Source: Octopus vulgaris
Lineage: Eukaryota
Assembly: GCA_951406725.2 (NCBI GenBank)
Contig: OX597815.1
Coordinates: 62,744,001 to 62,808,000, forward strand
Direction of reading: 5' to 3'
DNA length: 64,000 bases
Every line of letters starts with the position of its first letter. The stretch's first letter is position 1. Below, piece after piece: positions 55,563 to 64,000 of the stretch. The notes beneath the pieces are model-generated. The model was not told where the DNA came from. It did no database searches and saw only the letters and a program-made list of their open reading frames with translations. The translations under genes were made by a program, and so were the position numbers.

Positions 55563-55624
55563 TACGTCTCGCTTTTATCCTTCGAAACGTAGAGTAGATG
55601 AAACCATAGCGACTGAAGAAGGGG
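55563..55624 (+). ncRNA. Non-circularly permuted (pseudoknot) hammerhead ribozyme
   Basis: TACGT-C-TCGCT / CTTC-GAAA-CGTA / AGCGA-CTGAAGA-A-GGGG; all core nucleotides present. Confidence 0.78.
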
Positions 55625-56408
55625 TTTTTTCTTTGTGTTAATTGTCCTGTACTCTATTTTTTTGCTGTTTTTAAAAAATGTCCAGTTCCTTTGGTTTGTG
55701 TCTATGTTTTCGTTCTCATTGTGTTCGACGTCCTTTTGGTGTCCTGTACTCATATATGCGTGTATATGTTTATGTAGAGGTAGGTACGTACATATATGTT
55801 TATATATACGCATATGTTTAATTTATTTATAAATATATTATATGACGAAACGCACGCACCCCCTTAAGTAAGATTGTTCTTTATATCAAGTTTTGTTCTT
55901 GACATTAACTTTGACGTGCACTCTTAACCTTTCTGTCCCATCCATCCCTTTCTCAGCCTTCATTCTTTGATTTCCTTTTCCTCTACTTAACTTGTCTCTT
56001 CCTCTCTCTCATTCTTCACTCTCTCTCTCCCCCTCTCCATTCTTCATGGTTTCCTCGCAGCCATTCCCCCTCTTCTCTCCCTTTCTCATGCTCCTCCTCC
56101 CCCCTTCCCGTCGTTCACCCGCGACGTGGCTTCCGCTGCTGTCTCTCTGGCCTCGCCCTCTCAAGGTAATGGACGACATTCTTTTTGCTCCGCTCGTCGT
56201 TCATAAAAAATTCCGCGTTCGCAATACTTTTTTTCGTTCGGCGTTAACAGCCCTTCTTATCTTGTTTTTCCTTGTCCTGTCTTTTACTGTTTATAATTTG
56301 TACTGTCGTTACTGTCCTGTTTTTGTTACCATTTTTTACCCCTCTGCGAAAAGATCTCAGAATTTTAATTGATTGCTTTTCGCAGGAAGGAAAGTTTCTT
56401 GTCGAAGA

Positions 56409-56470
56409 TACGTCTCGCTTTTATCCTTCGAAACGTAGAGTAGATGAAGCCATAGCGACTGAAGAAGGGG
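56409..56470 (+). ncRNA. Non-circularly permuted (pseudoknot) hammerhead ribozyme, second copy
   Basis: Identical to 55563-55624 except one linker base. Confidence 0.78.
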
Positions 56471-56656
56471 TTTTTTCTTTGTGTTAATTGTCCTGTACTC
56501 TATTTTTTGTTGTTCCTTTGGTTTGTGTCTATGTTTTCGTTCTCATTGTGTTCGACGTCCTTTTGGTGTCCTGTACTCATATATGCGTGTATATGTACAT
56601 GTAGAGGTAGGTACGTACATATATGTTTATATATATGCATATATTTAATTTATTTA

Positions 56657-56702
<46 letters not shown>

Positions 56703-57530
56703 CACACACGCGCGCGCACACACACATACATATACATATACATGATACATTATTCCATATATACGTATATGAATATCTAAATAAGTGCAAGTATATATAG
56801 AATATGTGTGTGTGTGAGTTGCAAAGAGTGCATGTTTACCTTAATTGTACTGAGATTAATATGACTTCTTTACAGAAAATCATGGGTTTCGCTCAGCAGG
56901 GTCTTATCTAGCGAATGAGTATTTAGTTTAACTGGTAGAAATTAGAGTTAAAAACAGAAATAATTCTTTCAAGACATTGGATTTTCAAAAGTTTACAAAT
57001 GGACAAATCAGACATCATATTAAAAAGGAGTGGGGGAGAGTATCGAGGATAAACGATTTGTTTTAAGATAGACAAGGATGTACTTCAGCATAAGTGGTTG
57101 GAATTCTAAGCTGCATTCGCTTGATGAGCTCTTAGACAACCATTTGTAATGCGTTATCTTTATTATTGGAAACGTCGGATCCCTCCTTCAGTGCTTTGTT
57201 TTCTAGTTCGTACAAGCATTCTACAAGCACACTCACTTATCCACACATGCATATATACATATAAACATTTAATTATATGCGTGTCTATATATATATATAT
57301 ATATATATAAGTGTGGGTTGTGTTTGTAAAACAATATAAGTATTGTTCGTCTGTTAGGTAATATAGACCAACCCAAACAAATCTGTGCTAATTCTGTAAA
57401 TATTTCATTTGTGTGCGTGTGTGTTTCGATGTTTTTCGATGTGTGTTTATAGTGTGAGACTTACTTTACATACGTTCGTATATACATACATACATACATA
57501 CATACATACATACATACATAAATACATACA

Positions 57531-60700
<3,170 letters not shown>

Positions 60701-60705
60701 CCTAT

Positions 60706-60752
<47 letters not shown>

Positions 60753-60801
60753 TATATACATACATACATATATATGTACACAAACACACACACACACACA
60801 C

Positions 60802-60863
<62 letters not shown>

Positions 60864-60905
60864 ACATATATGTATTTGCACCGACAGCTAGCAAGGCCAA
60901 GCTAC

Positions 60906-60948
60906 TCCAGACTGATGAAAGGCAATTACCCTGAAACTAGTCTCTGGA
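60906..60948 (+). ncRNA. Intact minimal type I hammerhead ribozyme
   Basis: TCCAGA-CTGATGA-A-AGG-CAATTAC-CCT-GAAA-CTAG-TC-TCTGGA; 6-bp helix I, palindromic ACTAGT helix III, GUC site. Confidence 0.88.
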
Positions 60949-61146
60949 TTTTGGCTTTGTTGGGTGGAGGTGCTTATCTCCCCTGTTCGAAAACTTAAGG
61001 ACACAGAACGCTTATGTCACATAGCCAACTAGAAACGGTGTTTCTTGCGGCTAAATTGCAGTAGCATTCTTCCCTTTCCTGGGGCTGACACATTAAGTTC
61101 GCTACAAGCCATCACTTTATCGAGAGATTTAGAAATGCAATATTTC

Positions 61147-61206
<60 letters not shown>

Positions 61207-61211
<5 letters not shown>

Positions 61212-61358
61212 AAATGAGGGGTAATTTACTAGCTACTTAATCAAAAGAAGTTTACATCTACGAGTGAACATGGGATCCTATAACGACAATGTCAACTTCA
61301 TTTGATTAAAGCTTCTTTGGCCTGACTAGTAGCTAGCGGATTACCCCTCGTTTGGATA
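61207..61358. repeat. Imperfect 150-bp foldback
   Basis: TATCCAAATGAGGGGTAATTTACTAGCTACT / AGTAGCTAGCGGATTACCCCTCGTTTGGATA, plus inner TTAATCAAA/TTTGATTAA. Confidence 0.75.
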
Positions 61359-61927
61359 GTTACTACTTCCAAGGATCTTCTAGGTAAGAAGCATATGTAA
61401 AGTGGATATTATCTCCTCCAGTCCCTAATTTTGGATTTCTGTTCGCATACACAGCAACCACTGCTGCTAACTTTAAATTATAAAACAATTTTTTCACGTT
61501 ATTGAACTTCTATACGGGAGAAATTAACTTTCTACGTCAATAAACCACTATTGCACATGAAAGTTTTTTTTATATCTCCTACTGACTGCTCGAATCTTAC
61601 AATCTTCCTACATCTTGATCTTGGGATCTTACCATTATACACACACACACACATACATACACACACACAGAGGCACACATACAAGCACGTACACACACAC
61701 GTATACACACATATACACACATATGTATGTACGTACATATGAAAGTATATGTTTTCTATCATCTGCTTGTATTAGTCATTAGACAGCAGCCATACTGGGT
61801 CACCTCTTTGAATGGAGTTTAGCCGAACAAATCAACTCCGATTTCAAACGGTTGTTTTCTGCCACACACTCAGATGTACGTATACATACATAAATACATA
61901 CATATATATATATATATGTATATATAT

Positions 61928-62255
61928 ATATCACGTGATCAGACCATCAGATGTTGTTACACATCGCTGGTCACAATGCGTTCGCATTGTTTTAGCCTTC
62001 GAATGACGCCACCTCGCTGGCTCAGCGAGCAGGCCAACAGAAGGAAGAGTGGGAGAAAGAGTGGTGAAAGAGTACAGCAGGGATCACCACCTCGTGGAGC
62101 CTCGTGGAGCCTCGTGGAGCCTCGTGGAGCCTCGTGGAACCTCGTGGAGCTTTTAGGTGTTTACGCTCAATAAACACTCACAACGCCCGGTCTGGGAATC
62201 GAAACCGCGATCCTAAGACCGCGAGTCCGCTGCCCTAACCACTGGGCAGCTCCAC
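61928..62255 (-). mobile_element. tRNA-derived SINE family D with internal 10-bp tandem repeat
   Basis: Head GCTGCCCAGTGGTTAGGGCAGCGGAC..GGTTTCGATTCCC; about six (CCTCGTGGAG) units; inserted in (TA)n. Confidence 0.8.
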
Positions 62256-62364
62256 ACACATATATAAATATATATATATATTTATATATATATATATATT
62301 TTTTTTTCAGAATGTGATAAAAATCCAAGGCTGTGAAAGATTTCAGAATATATATAAATAGAAG

Positions 62365-62412
62365 ATCTTACAGCTGTTTCCGGGATATTTTATATATCCC
62401 TTTTTCGGAGAC
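62365..62412 (-). ncRNA. Degenerate type I hammerhead
   Basis: GTCT-CCGAAAA-A-GGGATAT/ATATCCC-G-GAAA-CAGCTG-TA-AGAT; helices intact, core mutated. Confidence 0.55.
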
Positions 62413-62477
62413 AGTGTGAGAAAATGGTTAGCAATAGTTATTTTAGATACGATATGAAATAGAGAGTGAAGTATATA

Positions 62478-62638
62478 TATGATGGGCTTCTTTCAGTTTC
62501 TGTCTACCAAGTCTACTCACAAAGATTTGGTCGTCCCGAAGCCATAGTAGAAGACAGTTGCCCAGGGTGTCACTTAGTGGGATTGAACTCGGAACCATGT
62601 GGGGGAATCAAACTTTTTACCACACAGCCACGCCTGCG
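62478..62638 (-). mobile_element. SINE family A, 5' half
   Basis: Homologous to 340-504. Confidence 0.8.
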
Positions 62639-62829
62639 CTTGTGTATATATGCAAGGGTTGGACAAACTAATGGAAACACCAGTACTTATTTTGTTGTAT
62701 TTTCTAATCGAGATTAGTTGTTTATAATTATTCAGGTTGCTTATGCGTAAAGCGTATTGTTTAAACCCAATTCTTATCTTTTTCAGATATCTATATCTAT
62801 ATATAATAAAATATGTGGCCTTACTGGTT

Positions 62830-63228
62830 TTCAAAGACGGTAAATGTTGGAGCTCGGAAGGCTAAAACTACAGAATTTTCCCGTGTTTCGAAAGGTACTG
62901 TCTCTTAGATTATGACAGCATTCAAATAACAAAGGAAATTGAGCTGTGAAATGTGTAATTCTGGTCTGACGTCGATATGTTCAGAAAGGGACCGGAAAGT
63001 GTTAAAACGTATTGTTTCCAAAAATCATAGAACTGCTACAATGGAAGTGACTGCAGAGTGAAACCAATACCTTGCAAACCCAGTCTTGACCAAAACTGCT
63101 CGTCGTGAGCTCAATAGTGCTCGATATCATGGGAGAGCTGCAATTGCAAAACCTCTCCTTTCTGCCATCAATATGGGAAAGCGATTAAAATGGTGTAAAA
63201 ATCGGCATAAGAGGCCAATAGATTAATG
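62830..63228 (+). mobile_element. Tc1-like transposase N-terminal (HTH) relic
   Basis: SERDRKVLKRIVSKNHRTAT..TARREL..GRAAIAKPLLS..KRLKWCK with an in-frame stop. Confidence 0.82.
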
Positions 63229-63230
63229 AA

Positions 63231-63773
63231 GAATGTTTTCAACCATTTTTTGCCTTTGGGCCCCTTTTAATTGCTATTCTATTTTGGTAGATTTCTAAAA
63301 TTTTTTCTCATTTCCTATTTTGTTTTTCACACTATTTATGTGCAGTAGTAGCCAAAAGTTTGCAACATGTTTAAAAAAATTAAAATTGTTATACCCAAGT
63401 ACAATTTGATTCAAATATATACAACGTAGAAATTATACTTACCTAATAACTGATCCAATAGGTCGATGTCTTGAAGAAAAAATAGGCAAAATCAAAAATA
63501 TAGTTCTAGACCAAATTGCTTACTTTTAATATAACTTTGGGTATTTTATAATTAATAATTCTCTATTTCAAATGTATGTTACACATTTTTGACCACGACT
63601 TTTTGTAGAACAATGTAAAATGTTAGAGAAAGAAACTTAGATGTTTCTTGTAATAAATACATCTAAAGCAAAATATTTTCTTGGACCCTTAGAATACAAC
63701 TCTGGATCTCCAATTAACTATTTTGCTTTCATGGACCACCAGATGTTATATGGACCCCGGTTGAGAACCACTG
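63231..63773. mobile_element. hAT (Charlie-like) non-autonomous element interrupting the Tc1 relic
   Basis: Right end GGACCCCGGTTGAGAACCACTG (TIR CAGTGGTTCTCAACC); left TIR decayed. Confidence 0.55.
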
Positions 63774-64000
63774 CTTTAGACTGTGATACGAAAACTTTAT
63801 ATGCTCTACTTTTTCGAGTGGACCAGATGTTGACTGGTATTCGGCCTTCTGTTGTGTATGCCATCACTAAATGGAGAGTTAATCGATTTGGTATCATCAG
63901 GTTATATATCAATTTGCTTGTCGAATATTTCCGGAGGCTATAGCGATATTACATTAAATAAGAAATAATACCACTTCAGGTTAACAGGGAAATAAGGAAC

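Larger units (their letters stand above)
55515..56657 (+). mobile_element. Non-coding element with about 300-bp direct terminal repeats (PLE pLTR / retrozyme-like)
   Basis: 55515-55830 repeated at 56362-56657; each repeat carries a permuted hammerhead; embedded in (TA)n. Confidence 0.8.

Noticed and set aside
57118-57195. TTGATGAG..GAAACGTC and reverse-strand CTGAAGGA motifs
   Set aside because: Could not build consistent helices on either strand
62180-62255. Functional tRNA gene (also the heads at about 19500-19570 and 430-504)
   Set aside because: A/B boxes are present but the cloverleaf is incomplete and the sequence continues into a SINE body

Overview
AT-rich, microsatellite-saturated eukaryotic non-coding DNA with no host protein-coding gene that I can support; most ORFs in the track are translations of (TA)n, (CA)n, (TATG)n, (AAT)n or (ACC)n repeats. 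The repeat repertoire looks like an octopus (coleoid cephalopod) genome, which is an inference from recalled repeat style, not from a search. The window holds several tRNA-derived SINE families, CR1, L1/Tx1, RTE and R4/Dong LINE fragments, Penelope-like elements (PLEs), Helitron-like elements, and Tc1/mariner and hAT relics. The most notable signal is at the RNA level: about nine hammerhead ribozyme (HHR) motifs. Three of them (55563-55624 +, 56409-56470 +, 28926-28989 -) have their three strands in non-circularly permuted order, which forces a pseudoknot, and show compensatory changes in all three helices between two divergent element copies. Two of those sit in direct repeats 846 nt apart, like a retrozyme. 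Also notable: a tRNA-headed SINE carrying an HHR, an ORF1-only zinc-knuckle retroelement whose 3' tail matches a tandemly arrayed SINE, and a pile-up of R4/Dong elements in (AAT)n. All alignments were done by eye; element boundaries are approximate.
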